NCBI GenBank assembly: GCA_902573735.1
Contig: CACGLH010000006.1
Coordinates: forward strand, 13,282 to 77,281
Direction of reading: 5' to 3'
Source: an uncultured Alphaproteobacteria bacterium
GTDB taxonomy: Bacteria; Pseudomonadota; Alphaproteobacteria; Rhodobacterales; Rhodobacteraceae
Length of the DNA: 64,000 bases
Position 1 is the stretch's first letter, and every line of letters starts with the position of its first letter. Below, piece after piece: positions 31,819 through 42,484 of the stretch. The position numbers and the translations under genes were made by a program. The notes beneath the pieces were generated by a model. It saw only the letters and a program-made list of their open reading frames with translations. It was not told the DNA's origin and did no database searches.

Positions 31819-32687
31819 TGAATAGGTCTTTTATATTTTTAATTTTCTTCGTTGTTATTTTTATTGGTGTTACTTCCTCCATTTTTGTAGTTGATGAAAG
31901 AGAAAAAGCTTTAGTATTACAATTTGGTCAAGTAAAAAGTGTAAAAACTGACCCAGGTATTAAATTTAAAGTTCCTTTAATACAAAATGTAGTTAGATAC
32001 GACGATAGAATTCTGTCTTTGGACACTATGCCACTAGAAGTTACACCTCTTGATGGAAGAAGATTAGTTGTAGATGCTTTTGCCAGGTATAGAATAGTAG
32101 ATGTAGTTGTGTTTAGAAAAGCTGTTGGAACTGGGGGTACAGCTTCTGCAGAAGTTAGATTGGAAAGAATTTTGAACGCTGCTTTGAGAGAAGTTTTAGG
32201 ATCTGTTACATCTAATGCTGTTACTTCTGCTGATAGGGTTGAATTAATGACAAGAATAAGAGATGCAGCTATTACAGAAGCTGGAGGCTTAGGTGTTGAG
32301 ATTGTTGACGTTAGAATTAAAAGAGCAGATTTACCAACTCAAAATCTAGCAGCTACTTTCCAGAGAATGCAAGCAGAACGCGAAAGAATGGCAGCTGACG
32401 AAAGAGCAAGGGGAAGAGAAGCCGCACAAAGAGTAAGAGCTCTTGCAGACAGAAAGGCAATGGAAATAGTTTCAGAAGCAAGAAGGGATGCTGAAATAAT
32501 TAGAGGTGAAGCAGATGCAGAAACTACTCGTTTGCTAGCTGATGCATTCGGTAGAGATCCTGAATTTTATGCATTTGTCAGGTCTTTAAAAGCTTATGAA
32601 GGATCAATGACTGGTAAGAACACTACAATAGTCTTAAATCCAGACTCAGAATTTTTCGACTACATTAAAGAAAGTGGCTCGAAATAA
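31818..32687 (+). CDS. hflC: Protease modulator HflC
   Basis: SPFH domain and an Arg/Glu/Ala-rich coiled C-terminal region. Coupled to both hflK and the downstream ORF. Confidence 0.9.
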   Translation: MNRSFIFLIFFVVIFIGVTSSIFVVDEREKALVLQFGQVKSVKTDPGIKFKVPLIQNVVRYDDRILSLDTMPLEVTPLDGRRLVVDAFARYRIVDVVVFRKAVGTGGTASAEVRLERILNAALREVLGSVTSNAVTSADRVELMTRIRDAAITEAGGLGVEIVDVRIKRADLPTQNLAATFQRMQAERERMAADERARGREAAQRVRALADRKAMEIVSEARRDAEIIRGEADAETTRLLADAFGRDPEFYAFVRSLKAYEGSMTGKNTTIVLNPDSEFFDYIKESGSK

Positions 32688-32872
32688 TGGATAAAATCTT
32701 GTTTGCTCTGGGTTCAGTAGCTGTTTTTGAAGGTTTTTTTTTGGCTATAGCTCCTGGAAGGATTCCTAAAGTTTTAGAGATGTTGTCAAAGTTTTCTAAT
32801 TCTGAATTATCTAGGTTTGGACTAATTATTATGGCAGTTGGCGTAGCAATATTGATGGTTTCTGGTGTATAG
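32687..32872 (+). CDS. Small membrane protein (DUF2065-like)
   Basis: 61 aa with two TM helices. 1-nt overlap with the hflC stop, the conserved position after hflKC. Confidence 0.55.
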   Translation: MDKILFALGSVAVFEGFFLAIAPGRIPKVLEMLSKFSNSELSRFGLIIMAVGVAILMVSGV

Positions 32873-32894
32873 ATTTTTTTAATGGAGCGTTTAG

Positions 32895-34779
<1,885 letters not shown>

Positions 34780-34785
34780 ATTAAT

Positions 34786-36057
34786 TTAATTAGTCAAATT
34801 AGTGAGTATGTTTTTTGCTATGTCTTTTCTGTGGAACTCATTCTCCCAATTTATTTTATCTACCACTTCATAAGTTTTCTTTCTAGCATCATTTAAATTT
34901 GAAGATCTTGCAGTTATGCTTAAAACCCTTCCTCCATTAGTGACAATATTTTCATCTATACATTTTGTTCCAGAGTGAAATATTTCTATATCTGTAGAAT
35001 TATTAAATTTCTCTATACCCTTTATTTTAAAACCAGTTTCATATTTGTTTGGGTACCCACCTGAAGCCATTACAACAGTAACACCAAAATCGTCTGCGTA
35101 ATTAATTTTTATTTTACTGAATTCATTTGTAGAACAATAAAATAGAGCATCTAATAGTTGTGCACCAAGTCTAATTGCAATTACTTGGCATTCTGGGTCT
35201 CCTAATCTTACGTTGTATTCTATAAGTTTAGGTCCCTTATGAGTGATCATCAAACCAGCATAAAGAATTCCGGTAAAAGGGGTTCCCCTTTCATCCATTT
35301 CTATTAAAGTTGGAGTGACAATTTTATCTAAAATTTCTTTCTCTACTTCTGGTGATATATTTAAAGCAGGAGAAAAAGCACCCATACCACCAGTGTTCGC
35401 ACCTAGATCTTTATCATAGATCTTTTTATAATCTTGAGCACTTCCTAATAATTTAAAATTTTTCCCATTGCAAACCACAAATAGACTAGCCTCATTTCCA
35501 ACCAGAAACTCTTCGATTAATAAGGTAATTTTTTTGTTTCGTTTAAGATATATATTTTTAATTATTTCAATAGCCTCGGATTTTTTGGTTGAGATGAATA
35601 CTCCTTTACCAGCTGCAAGACCATCCAGTTTTATAACAAATGGTGGTACGAATTTTTCAATAAAATTAAGGGCATCTTCTTTTGAAGTTGCTAAAATATA
35701 ATTAGCAGTAGGTATGTTTTTAATGTCACATATTGATTTTGTAAAACTTTTTGATGACTCTAAAAAAGCTGCCTCCTTAGTTGGTCCGAAGCTAAGTATA
35801 TTATTTTTAGTTAGACTATTTATTAATCCGTTAGCCAATGGAGCCTCAGGACCTACTACAACAAAATCTATTTTGTTTAACTTGCAGTATGAAATTATAA
35901 GTTCATTATCTAGAATATTTAAATCCTTACAAATAGCTAGTTGTTTGATACCAGCATTACCTGGGATACAATGAATTGCTTGACATTTGGGATTCTGAGA
36001 AAAAGCCCAAACTAATGAATGTTCTCGTCCACCACTTCCTATGACAAGTATTTTCAA
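34786..36057 (-). CDS. purD: Phosphoribosylamine-glycine ligase
   Basis: MKILVIGSGGREHSL start and ATP-grasp motifs (GLAAGKGV, EYNVRLGDPE). Confidence 0.95.
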   Translation of the reverse strand: MKILVIGSGGREHSLVWAFSQNPKCQAIHCIPGNAGIKQLAICKDLNILDNELIISYCKLNKIDFVVVGPEAPLANGLINSLTKNNILSFGPTKEAAFLESSKSFTKSICDIKNIPTANYILATSKEDALNFIEKFVPPFVIKLDGLAAGKGVFISTKKSEAIEIIKNIYLKRNKKITLLIEEFLVGNEASLFVVCNGKNFKLLGSAQDYKKIYDKDLGANTGGMGAFSPALNISPEVEKEILDKIVTPTLIEMDERGTPFTGILYAGLMITHKGPKLIEYNVRLGDPECQVIAIRLGAQLLDALFYCSTNEFSKIKINYADDFGVTVVMASGGYPNKYETGFKIKGIEKFNNSTDIEIFHSGTKCIDENIVTNGGRVLSITARSSNLNDARKKTYEVVDKINWENEFHRKDIAKNILTNLTN

Positions 36058-36137
36058 TTTTAGCCCATTAAATTTTTGTTATTAGAATCGAATTTATTAG
36101 TTAACATATATTAATCATTATTATGGGAAATTAAAAA

Positions 36138-37493
36138 TTGATAAATAATTTTACAAATTTAAAAGAGTTTTCTGTATCTGAAATTTCTTTATCCATAAAA
36201 AAACATATTGAAAATGAGTTTACTTTAGTCAAAGTAATTGGTGAATTAGGTAGGATATCAAAACCTTCTTCTGGACATATATATTTTGATATGAAAGACG
36301 AAAAATCTAGTTTATCTTGTGTTGTTTGGCGTAATACTTTGAAAGATCAAGAAGAGTTTTTGGAAGAAGGCTCCGAGGTTATTGCATTAGGAAGAATAAC
36401 TACTTTTTCTGGTCAAAGTCGATATCAACTTGTAGTTCAAGACGTATTCCCTTCTGGTGCAGGAAGTTTAATGGCTTTGTTTCAAAAAAGAAAACAAAGA
36501 TTTTTAAATGAAGGTTTATTTGATCAATCTAGGAAAAAACCCATTCCATATTTGCCAGAGGTAATAGGGGTTATAACTTCAGAAAGTGGGGCAGTTTTTC
36601 AAGATATACTTCATCGATTAAAAGAGCGTTTTCCAAGAACAGTAATATTATGGTCGGTTCCTGTACAAGGTGAAGAAAGTGCAAGAAGAGTAGCTGAAGC
36701 TATTGTTGGATTTAATTCATTTGAATTTAATAAACAAGATAAAAGACCTGATTTATTAATAGTTGCCAGGGGAGGTGGTTCTTTAGAAGATTTATGGGGA
36801 TTTAATGAAGAAATAGTAATTAAGGCTGTAGCTAACAGTAAAATACCAATAATTTCAGCGATTGGGCATGAAACAGATACCACTTTAATTGATTATGTAG
36901 CTGATAAGAGAGCTCCCACACCAACTGCTGCTGCAGAAATGGCGGTTCCTGAAAAAAAACAATTATCAGAACAAATAAAAAACTTATGTCTAAGACTTGA
37001 TCGATCTATCGATACTAAAATTGAATGGGAAAAACAAAAAATATCTTCATTTGCAAAAAGTATAAATAATGTAACATTCATTTTATCTGATTTTAATCAG
37101 CGCTTCGATATTTTAATGATAAAATTCCCAAATATTCTTCTTAGTTATTTACAAAGGAAAAGAGAAAATCTCTTTAAGTTAAATCTATCTATGATTGAAA
37201 AAAATAATTTATTAAAAGATATTAGATTTAGAAAAGATGGCTTAGTAAAGATAGAGAAATCAATAAATCTTTTATTTAAAAATGTTTTAGATACAAAAAA
37301 AAACTACATAGACAATTTATATAAAATTTATAGTGCCTTAAGTTATAAAAGAACACTTGCAAGAGGATATTCGATTATAAGAGACAAAAAAATGAATTTG
37401 GTTACTAGTAAAACTTCTGCTATTAAAGCTCATGAATTATCAATCGAATTTAGTGAAGATACAATTGAAGTTGAAGTAAAAAGTAACAAATAG
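36138..37493 (+). CDS. xseA: Exodeoxyribonuclease VII large subunit
   Basis: N-terminal OB fold (SGHIYFDMKD) and a catalytic region (ARGGGSLEDLWGFNEE, IGHETD). Confidence 0.9.
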   Translation: MINNFTNLKEFSVSEISLSIKKHIENEFTLVKVIGELGRISKPSSGHIYFDMKDEKSSLSCVVWRNTLKDQEEFLEEGSEVIALGRITTFSGQSRYQLVVQDVFPSGAGSLMALFQKRKQRFLNEGLFDQSRKKPIPYLPEVIGVITSESGAVFQDILHRLKERFPRTVILWSVPVQGEESARRVAEAIVGFNSFEFNKQDKRPDLLIVARGGGSLEDLWGFNEEIVIKAVANSKIPIISAIGHETDTTLIDYVADKRAPTPTAAAEMAVPEKKQLSEQIKNLCLRLDRSIDTKIEWEKQKISSFAKSINNVTFILSDFNQRFDILMIKFPNILLSYLQRKRENLFKLNLSMIEKNNLLKDIRFRKDGLVKIEKSINLLFKNVLDTKKNYIDNLYKIYSALSYKRTLARGYSIIRDKKMNLVTSKTSAIKAHELSIEFSEDTIEVEVKSNK

Positions 37494-37548
37494 TTTTCTT
37501 ATTATTAGAAATGTTAAAACTTCTTATAATTAATAAATAGGATACTTA

Positions 37549-38754
37549 ATGAAATTCTTTAGAAAATTAAAGGAAAAATTATTTTCTACGTCATCAAAAT
37601 TAAACAATGGTTTAGAAGAGATTGTTGATAAACAAAAAGATGAAATCTTTAATCAAGATAATAATGAGAATGAAGATTCCAATAATCATATTTCATCAAA
37701 TATGAAAGAAGACTTAAGGGAACAAAAAAAAGAAATAGAAACAGCAAGAATTAAGGATGAAAAAAGAAATAAAGTTACTGAAAAGCAGCCGTCTTTTTTT
37801 GAAAAAAATAAGAAGACTAATATTGAATTAGATGAAAAACAAATAGAGACACAAGAAAAAAAACCTAGTTTTTTCAAAAAAATAATTAAATCTGTAGAAA
37901 AAGTAGCCAAAAGAAGGAAGTTAGATGACACTATGTTAACTGAGATTGAAGAGCTTTTGATCTCTTCTGATCTTGGTGTGGCTACATCCTCTTTTATAGT
38001 TGAAAAAATAAAAAAAGAAAATTTTTCAAAGGAACTAGATATCACTCAATTAAAACAACTAATCAGTAGTGCAATTTATGAAATTATGAATGCTCCAAAA
38101 ACTATTACTGAGATTAAAAATGATCAGCTAAATATTTGGCTTTTCGTCGGCGTTAACGGTTCTGGGAAAACCACAACCATAGGTAAAATTGCAAAACAAG
38201 AAAAAGAAAATGGTAATAAGGTAATACTGGCTGCTGCTGATACTTTCAGAGCAGCGGCTGTTGAACAACTTTCAATTTGGAGTGAACGTGCTGGGATTCC
38301 TATGATAAAGGGTGAGGAAAAGAGTGATCCTGCCTCTGTTGTTTATAAAGCAATAGAAGAATCTAAGAGAGGTAAATATGACCTACTTTTAATTGATACA
38401 GCTGGAAGACTTCAAAATAAAACAGATTTAATGGAAGAGCTTGAAAAAATAATAAGAGTAATAAAAAAACAAGATTCAACTGCACCTCACAATTGTATTA
38501 TTGTGCTAGATGCTACATCTGGTCAGAATGTAAATTCTCAAGTGGAAATATTCTCAAAAACTGCAGGTTTAACTGGGATTGTTATGACTAAATTAGATGG
38601 AACAGCAAGGGGTGGAGTATTAGTAAGTGTTACTAATAAGTTCAACTTACCTATATATAGAATTGGTTTAGGTGAAAAAATTGATGATTTGGAAATTTTT
38701 GATCCTAAACTCTTTTCAAAAGTTATTGTTGGTTTGGACAATGATACTATTTAA
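37549..38754 (+). CDS. ftsY: Signal recognition particle receptor FtsY
   Basis: Lys/Glu-rich A domain followed by an NG domain (GVNGSGKTTTIGK, DTAGRLQ, TKLDGTARGG). Confidence 0.95.
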   Translation: MKFFRKLKEKLFSTSSKLNNGLEEIVDKQKDEIFNQDNNENEDSNNHISSNMKEDLREQKKEIETARIKDEKRNKVTEKQPSFFEKNKKTNIELDEKQIETQEKKPSFFKKIIKSVEKVAKRRKLDDTMLTEIEELLISSDLGVATSSFIVEKIKKENFSKELDITQLKQLISSAIYEIMNAPKTITEIKNDQLNIWLFVGVNGSGKTTTIGKIAKQEKENGNKVILAAADTFRAAAVEQLSIWSERAGIPMIKGEEKSDPASVVYKAIEESKRGKYDLLLIDTAGRLQNKTDLMEELEKIIRVIKKQDSTAPHNCIIVLDATSGQNVNSQVEIFSKTAGLTGIVMTKLDGTARGGVLVSVTNKFNLPIYRIGLGEKIDDLEIFDPKLFSKVIVGLDNDTI

Positions 38755-38817
38755 CTAAAGTAAATTTCAGCATAAAAATTATGTTGATTGTATAATATAA
38801 CATAGGAGTACTGCACA

Positions 38818-39438
38818 GTGAATGAAGATAATAAGGAAAGACCTTTTTCAAAATTAGTTTTAGAAATTGGTCCACTAATTATATTTTTTGTGTGTTACTA
38901 TAAAGCACCAATACCTGAAAATATAGTAAATGATATAGATGCAGCAAATCTGTTTAAGATAATATTTGCAACTAAAATATTTGTGCCAGCAATTTTAATT
39001 GCTTTATTTATTAGCTGGTTACAAACAAAAAAAATAGCAAAAATGCCTTTAATTACGGCCATCTTGGTTGTTGTATTTGGAGGATTAACAATTTGGTTAA
39101 ATAATCCTGTATTTATCAAAATGAAACCAACAATTATTTATCTGATTTTTTCTGCAGTGTTAGTTTACGGGTTATTAAATAAAAAAAGTTATATAAAATA
39201 TTTAATGGGTTCAGCAATACCAATGAATGAAGAAGGCTGGTTTCTTTTGAGTAAGAGATTTGCAGGGTTTTTTATTTTACTTGCTTTAACTAATGAGATT
39301 ATCTGGAGATTTTTTTCTCAAGACTTTTGGGTAAATTTTAAAACATTTGGTTTACCAATTCTCTTGATTATATTTATGGCAATGCAGTTTAATTTATTCA
39401 ATAAATATTCAAATAAAATAAATAAAGATTTAGATTAA
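38818..39438 (+). CDS. yciB: Intracellular septation protein A family (YciB/IspZ)
   Basis: GTG start, about 5 TM helices and an LLEIGPLIIFF-type N-terminus. Confidence 0.75.
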   Translation: MNEDNKERPFSKLVLEIGPLIIFFVCYYKAPIPENIVNDIDAANLFKIIFATKIFVPAILIALFISWLQTKKIAKMPLITAILVVVFGGLTIWLNNPVFIKMKPTIIYLIFSAVLVYGLLNKKSYIKYLMGSAIPMNEEGWFLLSKRFAGFFILLALTNEIIWRFFSQDFWVNFKTFGLPILLIIFMAMQFNLFNKYSNKINKDLD

Positions 39439-39445
39439 TATTCGA

Positions 39446-39991
39446 TTATTGATTAATGAATTTATAAAATTTTGTTGTCATTATCTCTTTTGTAATTGGA
39501 CCGGCATGTCTAAATAAAACTCTACCTTCTTGATCAATTGCAAATGTCTCAGGTACCCCATAAACACCCCACTCTATTGCATTTCTTCCTGATTGATCTG
39601 TTCCAATTTTAAGAAACGGATTTCCATACTCTTTTAAAAAGTTAAGGGCTGAATTTTTTTTATCTTTGTAGTTTACTCCATAAAGTTCAACGTTTTCTAA
39701 TTCTGATAATCTTTCTAATTGAGGATGTTCTACTCTACAAGGTGGGCACCAACTAGCCCAAAAATTAACTAACCTGATTTTATTTTCCTTTATAGAATCT
39801 AAATCTTTTTTGCTTACTAAATCGTAATTCCCTAAGTTTTCAAGCACAAGAGGTGGGGGAGATTTACCAATTAAAACAGATGGTAGGCTTTCCCTATCAT
39901 ATTTTTGTAATGCAATAAAAGCTAATAGGATTAATAAAAAAAAAATTAAAAGAGGAAAAAATTTAAAAAAATTGATTTTTTTATTTATCAT
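39446..39991 (-). CDS. ccmG: Thiol:disulfide interchange protein CcmG/DsbE
   Basis: One TM helix and the thioredoxin motif WASWCPPCRVEHP. Last gene of the ccm cluster. Confidence 0.85.
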   Translation of the reverse strand: MINKKINFFKFFPLLIFFLLILLAFIALQKYDRESLPSVLIGKSPPPLVLENLGNYDLVSKKDLDSIKENKIRLVNFWASWCPPCRVEHPQLERLSELENVELYGVNYKDKKNSALNFLKEYGNPFLKIGTDQSGRNAIEWGVYGVPETFAIDQEGRVLFRHAGPITKEIMTTKFYKFINQ

Positions 39992-40136
39992 TTAAATTAT
40001 CAATATTTAAATTTTTGAGGTCTCTTTTTACTTTTCTTGCGTCTAAATAGGTAGATACAATTACAATAGCTACAAGAGAAAATGTTCCTACGTAAGAAAT
40101 TAATATTTCAAAAGTATATTTGCCAAAATCCAACAT
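39981..40136 (-). CDS. ccmD: Heme exporter protein D
   Basis: A 51-codon ORF I translated by hand; it is not in the supplied track. Sequence is MLDFGKYTFEILISYVGTFSLVAIVIVSTYLDARKVKRDL..., a single TM helix plus a basic tail. Its ATG overlaps the ccmC stop by 1 nt and its 3' end overlaps ccmG by 11 nt. Confidence 0.6.
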   Translation of the reverse strand: MLDFGKYTFEILISYVGTFSLVAIVIVSTYLDARKVKRDLKNLNIDNLNDK

Positions 40137-40876
40137 TAACCATCCCTAGCATTTAATAAAATATTAATTTTTCTTTTTTGTATTTCTGTCTTTATTCTTA
40201 TTAATAACAAAGTCAAAAACAATAATACAAATCCTATAATGCATATAATAAGAGGAAAATAAAATGCATTATCAATATTTTCCTCTTTATCTAATGATAG
40301 GGATGGCCCCTGATGAAGACCTTGATTCCAAAAAAACACAGCATATCTCGAAAGAAGTGCGAAAATAGAACCAACTATACATAGCCAGGATGATAAGTCT
40401 CCTATTTTATCACTGAACTTCATAGTCTGCCAAATTGACAAATATCCAAGATAAAACATTAATAAAATTGCAAAGGAAGTTAGTCTTGGATCCCAAGCCC
40501 AATATGTACCCCAAATTGGCTTTCCCCAAATTGCTCCAGTTAACATGGCTGACAAAGTCATAATTAGGCCAATTAATGCAGCTGATTTTGCAGCTATTAA
40601 ACTAACATGGTGCCTCCTTATTAACCAAATAATTGATGCTAAAAGCATCATGAAGTATATATTAATTGCTAGAAAAGCAGTTGGTACATGTATAAAAATG
40701 ATTTTTACTGATGATCCTTGCCTGTAATCCTCTGGTGTAAAAAATAGGCCCCATACTAGGCCTAAAGATAAGGTTATAATTGTTAATATCAAAAAAAAAG
40801 GTATGATTTTATTTGCTATACTTAAGAAATTATTTGGATTTGCAAACTCCCATATGTTTTTTCTAAATTTGATCAT
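40136..40876 (-). CDS. ccmC: Heme exporter protein C
   Basis: WGTYWAWDPRLTS tryptophan-rich heme-handling motif in a polytopic membrane protein. Confidence 0.9.
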   Translation of the reverse strand: MIKFRKNIWEFANPNNFLSIANKIIPFFLILTIITLSLGLVWGLFFTPEDYRQGSSVKIIFIHVPTAFLAINIYFMMLLASIIWLIRRHHVSLIAAKSAALIGLIMTLSAMLTGAIWGKPIWGTYWAWDPRLTSFAILLMFYLGYLSIWQTMKFSDKIGDLSSWLCIVGSIFALLSRYAVFFWNQGLHQGPSLSLDKEENIDNAFYFPLIICIIGFVLLFLTLLLIRIKTEIQKRKINILLNARDG

Positions 40877-40884
40877 TGGTTATC

Positions 40885-41547
40885 TCATGTGTAATGAATT
40901 TTAATTATTAGTGAAGTGATAAAAGGGGTAATTGCAATACATATCAATGATAAAGCAAAAAGAATTAAATGTGCCATGATGTCGTAGGTTGAATTTGTTA
41001 TTAAGAGAGATATTTTCATTCCAAATATAATAATAGGAAGAAAAGTAGGAAGTATAAAAATTGAAATTAATAAATTCCCTCCTTTTTCACCTAAAGTCAA
41101 AGCAGCCCCGATTGTTGAAATGAAGCTTAAAGCGGGTGTGGATAATAGCATTACAAAACAAATTAATATAGAATGGTATATTGTGATACCTAGAGGAAAA
41201 CTGATTAAAGGTATTAAGATTATAATAGGTAAATTGGTTGTTATCCAATGAACAATTGATTTAATAAAGATAATTGTTTCTATTGACGTATTTGATAAGA
41301 TATATAAATCAAGGGTACCATCATCAAAATCCTCCTGAAACATTGTTTTAATTGAAAGTAGAGAAGAAAGAGAAATGGCAATCCAAATTATTGCTAATAA
41401 AGTTTTTTCGGAACTTTCTCCAATTTGACTAAATCCAATACCAACTATTAAAATTAAAATAATAAAAAAACTTGTTGAAAGTAATATGCCTTTATTTGCT
41501 AATGCAAAAAGTAACTCATATTTCAAAAGGTGAAAACTCAATTTCAT
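40885..41547 (-). CDS. ccmB: Heme exporter protein B
   Basis: 220-aa protein with 6 TM helices, sitting between ccmA and ccmC. Confidence 0.8.
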   Translation of the reverse strand: MKLSFHLLKYELLFALANKGILLSTSFFIILILIVGIGFSQIGESSEKTLLAIIWIAISLSSLLSIKTMFQEDFDDGTLDLYILSNTSIETIIFIKSIVHWITTNLPIIILIPLISFPLGITIYHSILICFVMLLSTPALSFISTIGAALTLGEKGGNLLISIFILPTFLPIIIFGMKISLLITNSTYDIMAHLILFALSLICIAITPFITSLIIKIHYT

Positions 41548-41551
41548 AGTA

Positions 41552-42187
41552 TTAAAGGAAAGGATCTCTTTCGCGGTTCTTAGGTGGATTTAAGGTCAAA
41601 ATTATATCTTGATTATTCGACGAAATGAAGGTTTCATGAGACGCCACTATTGCTATCCCTCCTTTTTTTTGGTGATCTTTTAAATAATTTTTTAATCTAC
41701 TTACATTTTCAATATCTAATGAAGTTGTAGGTTCATCTAAAAGCAAAACTTTCTTATCATCTATTGATAATCTTGATAAACCTACTCTTCTTTTTTGACC
41801 TTCGGAGCATTCATAAATTCTTCGATTAAGAATTTTTTTCAAATTAAATGAGTCCGACTCAAAGTTATATTTTTTTTCTGAGATACCTTCCCAGAAATCA
41901 ATTTGCTGTTTTACTGTTAGATAGTTCTTCAGAGAATTACTATGTCCTATGTAAAAAAAATTATTATAAATTATATCGTTCCTATTTGTTATATCTTCAT
42001 TGTTTAAACTGACTTTACCAGTCCATACTTTAATAAAGCCTGCTAATAATCTAAGGAGTGTTGATTTACCTGAACCATTCGGTCCTTTAATAAAGCAAAC
42101 ATCACCGGATTTAATTTTAAAACTTAGATCTGAAAAAATCAATTTTCCATCTCTTTTGCATGATAATGAGGATCCTATTAAATTCAT
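41552..42187 (-). CDS. ccmA: Heme export ABC ATPase CcmA
   Basis: Walker A GPNGSGKSTLLR, signature SEGQKRR and Walker B LLLDEP. Confidence 0.85.
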   Translation of the reverse strand: MNLIGSSLSCKRDGKLIFSDLSFKIKSGDVCFIKGPNGSGKSTLLRLLAGFIKVWTGKVSLNNEDITNRNDIIYNNFFYIGHSNSLKNYLTVKQQIDFWEGISEKKYNFESDSFNLKKILNRRIYECSEGQKRRVGLSRLSIDDKKVLLLDEPTTSLDIENVSRLKNYLKDHQKKGGIAIVASHETFISSNNQDIILTLNPPKNRERDPFL

Positions 42188-42484
42188 TTTTTTAATTTCA
42201 TATTTACAGAAAACTAAATTTTTGATCTGATTTTTTTTACTATTTTATATACATAGTAATCAATTTTTTGAAATAATTAATATTAAAATATGAGTGATAA
42301 AATTTTTAAGGAAATTAATTCTCTTAAATTAAAAAATTCTTTTTATTTACATTTAATATTTGATAATTAAAGTTTGTATCCATTTACTTGCATTAATATC
42401 AATATTTAAAATAAGTTTATTACTTGAAAGCTTATGATTGTAAGTATAAATAGAACTACTTTAATTTTATAATGGGACAATAAA

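Noticed and set aside
42362-42380. Fur-box-like sequence GATAATTAAAGTTTGTATC in the 297-bp ccmA/acnB divergent region
   Set aside because: It matches the 19-bp Fur consensus at only 13 of 19 positions, and the matches are mostly A/T. In roughly 30% G+C DNA this is expected by chance.
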